From: Fidelibacterota bacterium
Lineage (GTDB): Bacteria > Fidelibacterota > UBA8477 > JABMPR01
Length of the DNA: 64,000 bases
Direction: 5' to 3'
Assembly (NCBI GenBank): GCA_016844955.1
Contig: JAERTH010000059.1
Location: forward strand, 27,124-91,123
Each line of letters begins with the position of its first letter. The stretch's first letter is position 1. A program made the position numbers and the translations under genes. Below, one piece after another: positions 37,212 through 46,773 of this stretch. Below the pieces are notes generated by a model. It was not told the origin of the DNA. It saw only the letters and a program-made list of their open reading frames with translations, and made no database searches.

Positions 37212-37958
37212 TTAATACTTTCTAGAAAATTCATGGGATACTTGATATTGGATTCCTAATAATCGATACAGCCATTTTGAGACAAGCATCCGCATTCGGA
37301 AGGCAATACTGAATACTGGTTTAATGTCAAAGGACTTCATCATCTGGACGAGATCAATATTTTGGTTGAGCAACATCTTTGAGTTTTCCACCCTTGATCT
37401 TTTTCCATAGTGGACAATCATCTTATCGTTAAGCATGTGGGCAGATTTCCAACCTTTGTTCAGAGCTCTTAGTGTATACTCAAAGCCTGCACCATTCCAG
37501 GGGTACTCCTCACTTAGATAGCCTATCTCCTCGATGACACTCCTGCGGACCGCAAAAAAACATCCGTCCACTGCACCATAGATGGGCTTATAGGGTAAAT
37601 GGTTCCATACTGGACCAGCAATACCAACTTTTGCATCCTGAACAAAAACTTTTTCAAGGGTTGAGGTCCAGTCAGGTGTTAAAACCTCCACATCTGAATT
37701 CATCAACACGACCACATCCACATCGTCATCAATGGCCTTCATTCCCTGATTATTTGCAGGAGACCATAATCTGTTTTCGGTATTTTGAATCAGATCAATG
37801 TCCGAAACATTTGAAAGATAATCCTGGGTCTCTTTTTCGGAGGCATTGTCAACGACAATAAGTTGATAGGCAGTATTTGTCATTACCTTAACTGAGTTCA
37901 AGCATTTCGTGACATAATCAAGCGTATTGTATGTAACGACGACAATGGCGATTTTCAT
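37212..37958 (-). CDS. Glycosyltransferase family 2
   Basis: IAIVVVTYNTLDYV..CL.S....T...YQLIVVDNAS and the DxD-like NSDV. Confidence 0.75.
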   Translation of the reverse strand: MKIAIVVVTYNTLDYVTKCLNSVKVMTNTAYQLIVVDNASEKETQDYLSNVSDIDLIQNTENRLWSPANNQGMKAIDDDVDVVVLMNSDVEVLTPDWTSTLEKVFVQDAKVGIAGPVWNHLPYKPIYGAVDGCFFAVRRSVIEEIGYLSEEYPWNGAGFEYTLRALNKGWKSAHMLNDKMIVHYGKRSRVENSKMLLNQNIDLVQMMKSFDIKPVFSIAFRMRMLVSKWLYRLLGIQYQVSHEFSRKY

Positions 37959-39226
37959 TTGGTTACTCCTGAGGGATTTTTTAAGGAACTATAGATGTGC
38001 AATGTATATCCCATATATAGAACGGAATATATTGTAATCAGTATAGCAATTGTATCGTTGATATGGGAATTGTATAGAAAGATGGCGATAATTGCACCTG
38101 CCACCATCAAAAGCGTCCAAAAAATATTGATCTCCTGGCGGTTCATTGTGGTGGTAGTCATGGCGATTGATGAGACTGGATATTTAAGGATCACCAACGG
38201 AAGCATTATCTTTAAGAGTATTATTGAGTCTGCCCATCGTTCACCGAAGAGAAATGTGAAAAGCGGAGTGGCAAATAAATAGGCGGCTATTACGAAGAGT
38301 ACGCTCAGTAAGAATAATGTGATGAAGTTCTTCTTAAAAAGCGATAGCCTGGCCTTTCTATCATGTTTAATAATACTAAGCTTTCGGAAATAAGTTTGAG
38401 TTGTGGAATTGTTAATAATTTGCAGTGGAATTTCCAAAAGCCTTGTGGCAAACGCATAGAGCCCCAGTTCACGTGGAGAAAAATAGATACCTAACATGAT
38501 GATGGGGATATGGTTTGCAGCCATACCCAAGAGTGCAGAAGGGGCATTCAGAAGGGGTAATTTTTTGAATTTTATTGCAACCGTCTTAAACTCATTCCTG
38601 TTAAATCTGATGTTGCTCCAGTCTGCTTTGATTACCACAAATAGATAGGTTAAAAAGTAACCTGCTAGAAATCCTGCTAAGAGATAAAAAGTTGATGGAT
38701 TGATGAAACCAAAAAAGATTATCAATCCTTGCTGAAACAGGGTTTTAAAAAGATTGATCATCCCTATGGTTGTATAGTCGCGACGGGCTAAAAATACATT
38801 CCTGAAATATGGTTCAGCACCTGCAAATAAAAAGATGGGTGGGACGAACCATAAAAATGAGAACCAATCCTTCTCCTGAAGACTTTGAGTGGGAATCAAA
38901 ATCAATCCAGTTATCAAGAGCGCAATGGTGAAGGTCATACTTATGAGAATGAGCAAGGACAAACTGGTAATTGCGTCGCGTTCTTCCGTATTGTCAGAAA
39001 GCACAATACCATAATCATATTTTAAAGTACCGATGCTACTCAATAGCAGGGCAAAAGATAAGATAATCTGATAGTTTCCAAATTCTGTTGGAACATAGAG
39101 TCTGGTAATTATCACCACGGTCACGATTCTGATTAAATTCGCGACAACTGAACTGGATGCTAATACCAGATTCTCCTTTGCGAAGGCGATTCCTGCACTT
39201 TTAAAACGATTCAGAAATTTTCTCAT
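37955..39226 (-). CDS. wzx: Wzx-type oligosaccharide flippase (MOP superfamily)
   Basis: 423 aa with about 12 TM segments. The N-terminal FAKENLVLASSSVVANLIRIVTVVIITRLY is typical of polysaccharide-biosynthesis flippases. Confidence 0.65.
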   Translation of the reverse strand: MRKFLNRFKSAGIAFAKENLVLASSSVVANLIRIVTVVIITRLYVPTEFGNYQIILSFALLLSSIGTLKYDYGIVLSDNTEERDAITSLSLLILISMTFTIALLITGLILIPTQSLQEKDWFSFLWFVPPIFLFAGAEPYFRNVFLARRDYTTIGMINLFKTLFQQGLIIFFGFINPSTFYLLAGFLAGYFLTYLFVVIKADWSNIRFNRNEFKTVAIKFKKLPLLNAPSALLGMAANHIPIIMLGIYFSPRELGLYAFATRLLEIPLQIINNSTTQTYFRKLSIIKHDRKARLSLFKKNFITLFLLSVLFVIAAYLFATPLFTFLFGERWADSIILLKIMLPLVILKYPVSSIAMTTTTMNRQEINIFWTLLMVAGAIIAIFLYNSHINDTIAILITIYSVLYMGYTLHIYSSLKNPSGVTK

Positions 39227-40335
39227 ACGTCTAAAACTTCAGTGGGTTTGAATTGCAGGATTTCTCGGAACTTTACACTTAATAGCTTCCAATCATACTC
39301 CATAATCTTATCGTCGATCTGCACCCTATCAATCCTCAGGGCTTCAGCTATGCCAGCCAGGGTTTCGTCGTGTGAGCGGCACATAAATGCCTCTTTAGAT
39401 AAATCTTCGAATTGCTCCATATAGGTTGAGACAACGGGAATCCCAGTAGACAGGTATTGGAGAAATTTGGCTGATGCGGCTTGCCAGACCTGTGGAATAG
39501 ATCTCAGAGGAATCAAGCCTATGCGAAAACTGCCCATTACCTGTGGCAACTCACTATAATCAACAGATGAGAAATACTTAATATTGTCCGCTTCAAGCAA
39601 ATTCTGTAATTGATCATTGGCATCCCGATCTACTGGACCGTATAGATGCACATCAAAATCAGGATAGGTCTCAGCTATCTTGCCCACCAATTCAAAATCA
39701 AAAAACCAGGGTGAAATGACCCCGACATATCCCAGGATATTGCGTTTAAGTAAAGGTGTGCTGGGCTTGAGATCAGCAAAAACACTTAAATCTACCCCAT
39801 TGGGAATATGCAGGACGCTGCGATTATATTTAGCTTCTAATTCTCTGGTCAGGTAGCGTGAACAGGTAGTAACGACCTGACGTGGATCACGCAAAAATCT
39901 CCCCAAATGATCCATTGCCCACACTGGTTGACTACCGAATTGCTCAGGGTCATCATTGTAATCCCAGAGTGAAACACAGTTGAGTCTTTTAAGTGGGAGT
40001 GAAAATATATTGGAGAACACATACTTATCAGGTGTTCCTTTAATTATGAGAAGCCGCAAAATGAATCCCCAGAAACGCAGGATCATATAGAACGGAATTC
40101 TCAGTGCAGCATATTGAAACAGTGCATTGATTTTACCAGAGCTGGTTTTGCGATAAACAGGCAGGGTTACATAGGTTACATTCCCATCTGTTTTTGGGAT
40201 AAATGCATTGGGACCGTTAAATGAGAAGGGTTGAAAAAACAGAATTTTATCGTCAACTGGAAAATGAGTCAACAAATGCTGTTTGCGGGTTTTCATGTAG
40301 TCCCATTTAATTTCGGAGTACCAGACAATTTTCAT
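39223..40335 (-). CDS. Glycosyltransferase (GT-B, TuaH-like)
   Basis: The N-terminal MKIVWYSEIKWDYMKTRKQHLL is TuaH-like. The C-terminal half has GT-B sugar-donor-domain features (GYVGVISPWFD...GLIPL). Confidence 0.5.
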   Translation of the reverse strand: MKIVWYSEIKWDYMKTRKQHLLTHFPVDDKILFFQPFSFNGPNAFIPKTDGNVTYVTLPVYRKTSSGKINALFQYAALRIPFYMILRFWGFILRLLIIKGTPDKYVFSNIFSLPLKRLNCVSLWDYNDDPEQFGSQPVWAMDHLGRFLRDPRQVVTTCSRYLTRELEAKYNRSVLHIPNGVDLSVFADLKPSTPLLKRNILGYVGVISPWFFDFELVGKIAETYPDFDVHLYGPVDRDANDQLQNLLEADNIKYFSSVDYSELPQVMGSFRIGLIPLRSIPQVWQAASAKFLQYLSTGIPVVSTYMEQFEDLSKEAFMCRSHDETLAGIAEALRIDRVQIDDKIMEYDWKLLSVKFREILQFKPTEVLDV

Positions 40336-40360
40336 CTGATTTGCTCTCTGTTTGAATGTG

Positions 40361-41206
40361 TCACTTCAGCGACCTTCTAGACTTTATGAGCACCTGCATG
40401 ATCTGGCTGCCCAGAACCCACCCTTGGGAAAGCAAAATTGGGAGATACTGATACCATTTTGCATGACGGCTGTAAACCTTGAGTAATGCCCCTGCTTTAC
40501 GATGCATCTTTTTCAGGGAGAACTCTCCCCCAACAGAAGCAGAAACTTTGTGGTAAATCTTACTTTCCGGGATAAAGACCAGTTGGTACCCCAAATTTTT
40601 ACACCGCAGGGAGAGGTCCAAGTCTTCACCATACATTTTATAACCAGGATCGAAGCCCTGCAGTTCCACAGCCAGCTGTGTAGGCATCACCAAACAGCAA
40701 CCTGTGATATAGTCTGTGTTGACAGCCTGGTTCTGGACCGCCTGAACTGAGTCACGAATATGGCGGTGAACCACCTTGCCGGTCCAGAGGTTGACTGAAC
40801 CACCTCCATACCATACCTGGTCCGGGGTATCAGCATAGCAGATCAGGGGCGCTGCCATTCCAACTTTGTCTACATCTGAAAATGTGTTTATCAAAGGTTC
40901 CAGAAAATCGGGTTCTACGGTGGTATCGTTATTCAAAAATGCTACGAAATCATATCCTTGTTCATTGCACCAGCTCAAGCCGGCATTGTTCCCACCACCA
41001 AACAAAAGATTTGTGGGGAGTTCCAGGATATGCACATCAGGATGGGATTGCTGAATTCGCGAAACCGAATCATCAGTGGACCCATTATCGATGACTACAA
41101 TTCTGGCCTTCTTATAAGTGATTTTTTTTAAAGAGTACAGGCAGTCAAGGGTATCGTCAGCTCCGTTCCAGTTCAGTACCAGAACGCAAACGCTAGGGTC
41201 AGTCAT
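40361..41206 (-). CDS. Glycosyltransferase family 2
   Basis: VCVLVLNWNGADDTLDCL.SL......ARIVVIDNGSTDDS and FLNNDT. Confidence 0.78.
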   Translation of the reverse strand: MTDPSVCVLVLNWNGADDTLDCLYSLKKITYKKARIVVIDNGSTDDSVSRIQQSHPDVHILELPTNLLFGGGNNAGLSWCNEQGYDFVAFLNNDTTVEPDFLEPLINTFSDVDKVGMAAPLICYADTPDQVWYGGGSVNLWTGKVVHRHIRDSVQAVQNQAVNTDYITGCCLVMPTQLAVELQGFDPGYKMYGEDLDLSLRCKNLGYQLVFIPESKIYHKVSASVGGEFSLKKMHRKAGALLKVYSRHAKWYQYLPILLSQGWVLGSQIMQVLIKSRRSLK

Positions 41207-42323
41207 CGCTAAGGCTCTGCACCATTTGCGAACAGAAGCTTGCCATTGAAAATTGTCCCTTTGCCTGCTGGACGGAAGTCACCATTTCCTCTCGATCATT
41301 ACCTGCAAAAAACTTCTCTATGGCGATGGCCAGTTTCTGGGGATTGTCAGGTTCAACCAGGTATCCGGTTTCTCCCTCATGGATATACTCACCCAGCCCA
41401 CCGACCTGGGTGGCAATTACAGGTCTATCCATTTGAAAAGCAATCCCGATGATGCCACTCTGAGTGGCAGTGCGATATGGGAGCACCAGAACATCACATG
41501 CAGCGAAATACAGAGGAAGCTCATGATCCGGAACAAATTCATTACGGTAGACTACATTGGAACCCACCCCAGTTGAATCAATGAGATCAATGTATTTTTG
41601 CTCATTCTCATAAGCCTCACCTAAAATGAATGCCTTAAATTCAGGCAGTTTCTCCTTTAATGGCTCCAGCGCCTTAATGAGAATATCAAGTCCTTTGTAG
41701 GGACGGATCAGGCCAAAGAATAGGATAACTGGTTGATCTTTCAGCTCCAGGATGTCTCTGGCTTCGGCTTTTGTATATTTCTGCTTATAGTTTTCATAGA
41801 GGGGGTGAATCATGGTAGTGGTAGCAACATCAGGCTTGAACGAGAGCACATCTTCTGTTACATATTTTGACATGGTAAAAACATGATCAGCTTTACTTAA
41901 TACACGTTTGGCCATCCAGGAATCAATAAAGGATTCCTCATGGGGAATCAGGTTATCAATAAACACACCCACTTTAATTCCCGCTCTGGACAGGCGTTTG
42001 CTGATCATGTTGATCATCAGCGCAAAATACGGATTCCAGTATCGAAGAATCACAGCATCTGGACCAAATGACTTGATCCTTTCAGCAGCTTTATACCAAC
42101 TAAAGGGATTCATGGAATCCACAATGCGTTCTGAGGGGAATTCAGTCCCCTTCCCTTCTGCTTTAAATTCGGTTTTCCCAGGGAATAGTATTTTTGGGTA
42201 TTGGCGAGAATAATTGATGAATTGAACGGTGTGCTCCCTGACCAATTGTGAGTAGATCAAGGCACTTAAATCTGAAAGACCACCCCTATAGGGTGGCCCA
42301 ACTGTAACTAATGAAATCCGCAT
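41199..42323 (-). CDS. Glycosyltransferase family 4 (GT-B)
   Basis: The C-terminal PYRTATQSGIIGIAF....PVIAT.VGGL.EYI.EGETGYLVEP is the EX7E motif region. Confidence 0.78.
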   Translation of the reverse strand: MRISLVTVGPPYRGGLSDLSALIYSQLVREHTVQFINYSRQYPKILFPGKTEFKAEGKGTEFPSERIVDSMNPFSWYKAAERIKSFGPDAVILRYWNPYFALMINMISKRLSRAGIKVGVFIDNLIPHEESFIDSWMAKRVLSKADHVFTMSKYVTEDVLSFKPDVATTTMIHPLYENYKQKYTKAEARDILELKDQPVILFFGLIRPYKGLDILIKALEPLKEKLPEFKAFILGEAYENEQKYIDLIDSTGVGSNVVYRNEFVPDHELPLYFAACDVLVLPYRTATQSGIIGIAFQMDRPVIATQVGGLGEYIHEGETGYLVEPDNPQKLAIAIEKFFAGNDREEMVTSVQQAKGQFSMASFCSQMVQSLSDD

Positions 42324-42330
42324 GGTTTAC

Positions 42331-43269
42331 TTACATGTTCTCTCGAATTACAGGCTTCTCCTTATGGAGTGAGCTTGTGATTAATTCACCCAGAAGTCCC
42401 ATGGATATAAATTGGCCACCAATGATTGATAGCAGAATTCCGATATAAAAAATGGGACGATTGTTGATCCACTGGCCCGTACCAAAAAAATATTGCTGTG
42501 CCCATTGAACGCTGAGGAAGGTCAATATTCCGCCACCCAGGACCAGTAACATCATACCCGCGAGTCCAAAAAAGTGCATGGGTTTGCGCATATATTTACC
42601 AAGAAAGAGAACCGTAAAGAGGTCAAGATATCCTGTAAATAGCCTTTTCACGCCATACTTTGATTCACCGTATTTTCTGGCATGATGCAGTACCACTTTT
42701 TCAGTACAATTAAATCCTTTTTGCTTGGCCAACACAGGGATGTAGCGATGCATTTCACCATAGACATCGATATTTTTCACTACCTTTTTGGTATAGGCTT
42801 TTAAGCCACAATTGAAATCGTGAATGTTGATACCCGTGAGACTGGAAACGGTAAAATTATATAGCTTTGAGGGCCAGCGTTTGCTGATGGGATCATGGCG
42901 TACTTTTTTCCAACCAGAAACCATATCCCAGCCTGAATCCAATACAGCAACAAGTTCCAGGACTTCCTTAGGATCATCTTGAAGATCTGCATCCATGGTG
43001 ATAACATAGTCACCACTGCAACGTTGGAAGCCAATATTGAGTGCTGTAGCTTTTCCATAGTTCCGTTGGAAGCTGATGGCTTTTACGCGTGAATCAGACT
43101 CACTCAAATCCTTCATCAGTGCTAAGGATTTATCCTGTGATCCATCATCGATGAACAATATTTCAAATTCATGGGTTGAGGGCTCCAGCGCTTCTCTGAT
43201 CTGCCCATATAGTTCGACCAGGGATTCTTCCTCATTATAAACGGGAATTACAAGACTTATTAAACTCAA
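42331..43269 (-). CDS. Polyprenol-phosphate glycosyltransferase (GT2, GtrB/CsbB/DPM1/ArnC-like)
   Basis: ISLVIPVYNEEESL, FIDDGSQD and MDADLQD, plus two C-terminal TM helices (FFGLAGMMLLVLGGGILTFL; IGILLSIIGGQFISMGLLGELI). Confidence 0.78.
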   Translation of the reverse strand: MSLISLVIPVYNEEESLVELYGQIREALEPSTHEFEILFIDDGSQDKSLALMKDLSESDSRVKAISFQRNYGKATALNIGFQRCSGDYVITMDADLQDDPKEVLELVAVLDSGWDMVSGWKKVRHDPISKRWPSKLYNFTVSSLTGINIHDFNCGLKAYTKKVVKNIDVYGEMHRYIPVLAKQKGFNCTEKVVLHHARKYGESKYGVKRLFTGYLDLFTVLFLGKYMRKPMHFFGLAGMMLLVLGGGILTFLSVQWAQQYFFGTGQWINNRPIFYIGILLSIIGGQFISMGLLGELITSSLHKEKPVIRENM

Positions 43270-43308
43270 AACAGGATCCTTATAATCTGCATTTTTAAAT
43301 GCTCAATC

Positions 43309-44925
43309 TTATTTATACTTATCTGCGCGCATATAGTAGATGTAGGCTTCATTTGACTTTCCAAGATACTCTAAAACATCCCCCATATGCATTAAAACCT
43401 CTGGATTATCAGGGTTGATGTTCAAGGAGCGGTCAATGAATTCCCGGGCCAGCTGAACGTGACCTAATTTGAAGTATATCCATCCTGCTGTATCCAGGTA
43501 GGGTGCATTGTCTGGAACAATTAGCAAGGCCTTTTCTACGAATTCTGCTGCATGCCGCAAGGTGTCCTCACTAACATCGCCCTCAGTAAGCATATAGGCA
43601 TAGTTGTTTAACGCGAGGTGATCATCGGGGTCAATCTGTATCAGCTGTAAATAGGTTTGCAGTACTTCCGCACGTCGGCCAAAAAGCTCGAGGGTGTTGG
43701 CAATCATATGTAGCGTTTGCTGGTCATCAGGACGAAGATTTAATGCTGCATACTGGGCATCTAATGCCAACTGGTAATGCAGGGAATCAGCTTCAGTCAC
43801 TGCGATATCATAAAGAATGCTGCCCAGGAGGCGATGCAGGAAAAAATCATCAGGAAAAGCAGGCAGATACCCTTCCAGAATTTCCCTGGCTTGAAGAACA
43901 TCATCAACATCCAGATAAGTCCAAACCAGCATGGATACTGCATTGGACAGTTCGGGCCTGATGTGTAAAATTTCTTTTAACACATCCCGTGCTGTGCTTG
44001 ATTCCCCAGCATCGATGAGGAGCTGGCTCAACTTCAGTTTTAGCTCCCAGGTTTCGGGATATTCAGCGACCACATCCGTGAGGTAGTCCACCGCAGCCAT
44101 TTCACCGTGCATCACTTTCACCAGGTCGGTTTTCATGCTGTGCAAATCCATGGAGAAGGGAACGACCTCGATAAGCGAGTCCATAAGGGCTTCAGCATCA
44201 AAAAAACGATTCATTCCCAGGAATAACCTGATCTGACGACCCACAAGATCAGTTTTGGTGGGCATGCGCTTAATAAGTTTGCTATAAAGGTCTGTGATGC
44301 GCGTATAGTCATTGGCATTCAGATAGATAGTTTCTGCGCGTTGAAGTGCAGCCATTCTATCCGTATCCAATTCCCATAGTCTGATTAAAAAGTCGGCTTC
44401 TCTAATGGTATCGCCCAGGGCGTGGTATATTTGTGCTGATTGAAGTATGGCATAGTCGTTATTATAATCTATATCCAGAATTCGCTCGAAATAGCCCAGA
44501 GCAAGCCTGTGTTCCTGGTCGCGTTGCGCAATCTCACCCAGCAGCTCTAGAGATTCCAGGTTTCTGGGATCTAGATCAATGACCTTTAACAAGGCCTCTT
44601 TTGCTTCGGGAAATTTCTCAAGCTGTAAAAGGAGTCTTGCGAGAGAGAAGTGAATATCTGATGCGTTGGGATCATAGGTCAGGGCTCGCTGGTAGGCTGA
44701 AATGGCCTTCTCAATGTCCCCTACAGATTCGAGGTCAATACCGTCCATGAAGGCATCCATGGCACGAGTATCATATATCCGTAATGAATCAGCCGCATTT
44801 AAAACCGAACAAACCAGAGTCACCAAAGTGAAAATAGAGAGCCATCTGATCAACTTCGCTGGCAACATGCTAGAGGTCTTGAGCTCCCACTGCTTCCTGA
44901 GGAACTCCTGGCAGAGTTTTTCCAT
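43309..44925 (-). CDS. Secreted tetratricopeptide-repeat protein
   Basis: Multiple 34-aa TPR-like units (A..Y..AL..DP.N....). The probable start is MLPAKLIRWLSIFTLVTLVCSVLNA at 44868. Confidence 0.7.
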   Translation of the reverse strand: MEKLCQEFLRKQWELKTSSMLPAKLIRWLSIFTLVTLVCSVLNAADSLRIYDTRAMDAFMDGIDLESVGDIEKAISAYQRALTYDPNASDIHFSLARLLLQLEKFPEAKEALLKVIDLDPRNLESLELLGEIAQRDQEHRLALGYFERILDIDYNNDYAILQSAQIYHALGDTIREADFLIRLWELDTDRMAALQRAETIYLNANDYTRITDLYSKLIKRMPTKTDLVGRQIRLFLGMNRFFDAEALMDSLIEVVPFSMDLHSMKTDLVKVMHGEMAAVDYLTDVVAEYPETWELKLKLSQLLIDAGESSTARDVLKEILHIRPELSNAVSMLVWTYLDVDDVLQAREILEGYLPAFPDDFFLHRLLGSILYDIAVTEADSLHYQLALDAQYAALNLRPDDQQTLHMIANTLELFGRRAEVLQTYLQLIQIDPDDHLALNNYAYMLTEGDVSEDTLRHAAEFVEKALLIVPDNAPYLDTAGWIYFKLGHVQLAREFIDRSLNINPDNPEVLMHMGDVLEYLGKSNEAYIYYMRADKYK

Positions 44926-46681
44926 AAAATCTCAGAATGAGATAAAGTGTTCCGATACTCATGGCGTAGAAAATGATTCCCGTAAGGTAGGAAGGTGATG
45001 ATATGAAGCCAATTGGCAGAAAACCAAATAGAACGGCGACACCACCCACAACCAGAGCATAGGGTAATTGGGTTTGAACATGATCAACATTGTCAGCACC
45101 ACTGGCCAGTGAGGAGAGGATTGTCGTATCTGAAATAGGTGAGCAATGATCACCAAAAGTCGCACCACTGATGATGGCCGAGAAAGTGGCCCAGAACATG
45201 ACATTGTGAACATCACCAGTTAATTGGATGGAGAGTGGTACAATCAGGGGAATCAAGATGGACATGGTTCCATAGGATGTGCCGGTAGCAAAACTAATCA
45301 GTGCAGCAATAATAAAGGTCAGGGCCGGCAGTAAGCCGGGAGAGATAAGATCCCTGGTATAGTGTACAATAAAATCGGCAGTATGAATATCAACACAAAC
45401 CGAACCCAGGCTCCAGGCCAGAACCAGTATTATGGTTGCCAGGAACATGGTGCGAGCGCCTTCAAACCAGCTTTCTAACGCGGCCTTGAGGCTGAGCAAT
45501 TTCTGCCCCAGGGCCATGACGATGGCAACAACCGTAGCTATGTAGGCGGCCCACAGTAGGGCCTTGGTTGAATCAGTATTGTCCATGATCAGTAAAATTT
45601 TCTGCAGCAGGCTGCTACCAGCTGGAAATTCGTCAGGCATTCCTGTGATGACCATACCCACCATGGTCATGATTATGACGATGAGAACAGGGATTACTGC
45701 GTTGTACCAGCGATGAGGAATATTCTCGGGCAGGGCATTCCTCAACATTGAATCATCAGAAAGTGGTTTTGCTCCGGGGCGTAAAATTTCTCCCGTAGTG
45801 ATAGCCCTTTTTTCAGCGTCATACATGGGTCCAAACTCGCGACCCATGAGCGCATTCATAAACACAAAAATGATAGCCAATACCGCATAGTAGCTAAAAG
45901 GGATTGAAAGCAGAAATATGAGGTACGCATTGGTGTCAATTCCAAGAACTCGTAGCTGTCCATCAAGGAGCGACATGGCGAAAACAATCCAGGTACTGAT
46001 AATGCCGATACTGGCCACGGGTGCGGCAGTTGAATCAACGATATAACTCAATTTTTCTCGACTGACACGCAGCTTATCCGTAAAGGGACGCATGGTATTG
46101 CCTACCAGCAGGCTATTGGCATAGTCATCAAAGAAAATGAATAGCCCCATTGAGGCAGTGGCTACTTGCCCGCGAACCCGGGTGCGGGCAAAGCGTGCTG
46201 CAATGCTTACGATGCCGGCAAGGCCACCGTTTTTCTGAACAATACCGATGAGGCCACCAAAACCAAATGTGAATAGTAAAATGGTGGCATGGCCTGGATC
46301 GGCAATGGTGTTTATGACGTATCCATCCAGAGACTTTAGGAAACCATTGATGGGATTATAGCTGACCATAATCGTTACACCAACCCAGATTCCGGCAAAG
46401 AGCGAAATTAGCATTTCCTTGGTCAACAGGGCCAGGACGATGGCCAGCAAGGGTGGCAAAATGCTCAGCCATGCTGGGATGCTCGAAACCTCTTCCCGAT
46501 ACACTGAGCCGTCATCAAGTGGATGGGTAATCGGTGAATGACCTCGGAGAATGGCCTCGGTACTACCCTCCGGTACAACGATTTGAATGGCTTCCCCGGC
46601 GAAACCATGGACTAATATGGGATTCTCCGGTGAGGCATTTGAAAAGCCAGACCAGCCTAGCTCAAATGGCACATTGGACAA
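44870..46681 (-). CDS. NhaC-family Na+/H+ antiporter with an N-terminal extracytoplasmic extension
   Basis: Polytopic protein with NhaC-like segments (SIPAWLSILPPLLAIVLALLTKE, GDHCSPISDTTILSS). The reading frame stays open upstream to 46810 and encodes a signal-peptide-like stretch (see findings). Confidence 0.78.
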   Translation of the reverse strand: MSNVPFELGWSGFSNASPENPILVHGFAGEAIQIVVPEGSTEAILRGHSPITHPLDDGSVYREEVSSIPAWLSILPPLLAIVLALLTKEMLISLFAGIWVGVTIMVSYNPINGFLKSLDGYVINTIADPGHATILLFTFGFGGLIGIVQKNGGLAGIVSIAARFARTRVRGQVATASMGLFIFFDDYANSLLVGNTMRPFTDKLRVSREKLSYIVDSTAAPVASIGIISTWIVFAMSLLDGQLRVLGIDTNAYLIFLLSIPFSYYAVLAIIFVFMNALMGREFGPMYDAEKRAITTGEILRPGAKPLSDDSMLRNALPENIPHRWYNAVIPVLIVIIMTMVGMVITGMPDEFPAGSSLLQKILLIMDNTDSTKALLWAAYIATVVAIVMALGQKLLSLKAALESWFEGARTMFLATIILVLAWSLGSVCVDIHTADFIVHYTRDLISPGLLPALTFIIAALISFATGTSYGTMSILIPLIVPLSIQLTGDVHNVMFWATFSAIISGATFGDHCSPISDTTILSSLASGADNVDHVQTQLPYALVVGGVAVLFGFLPIGFISSPSYLTGIIFYAMSIGTLYLILRFYGKTLPGVPQEAVGAQDL

Positions 46682-46773
46682 TATGATGGACGGCAGTTCC
46701 AGTTGTTGCGCTTGAGAGGTGGAAACAGCCAGAGCTAGGATAAAACAGAAAAGGAAGGAGGATCTGAGCTTGA

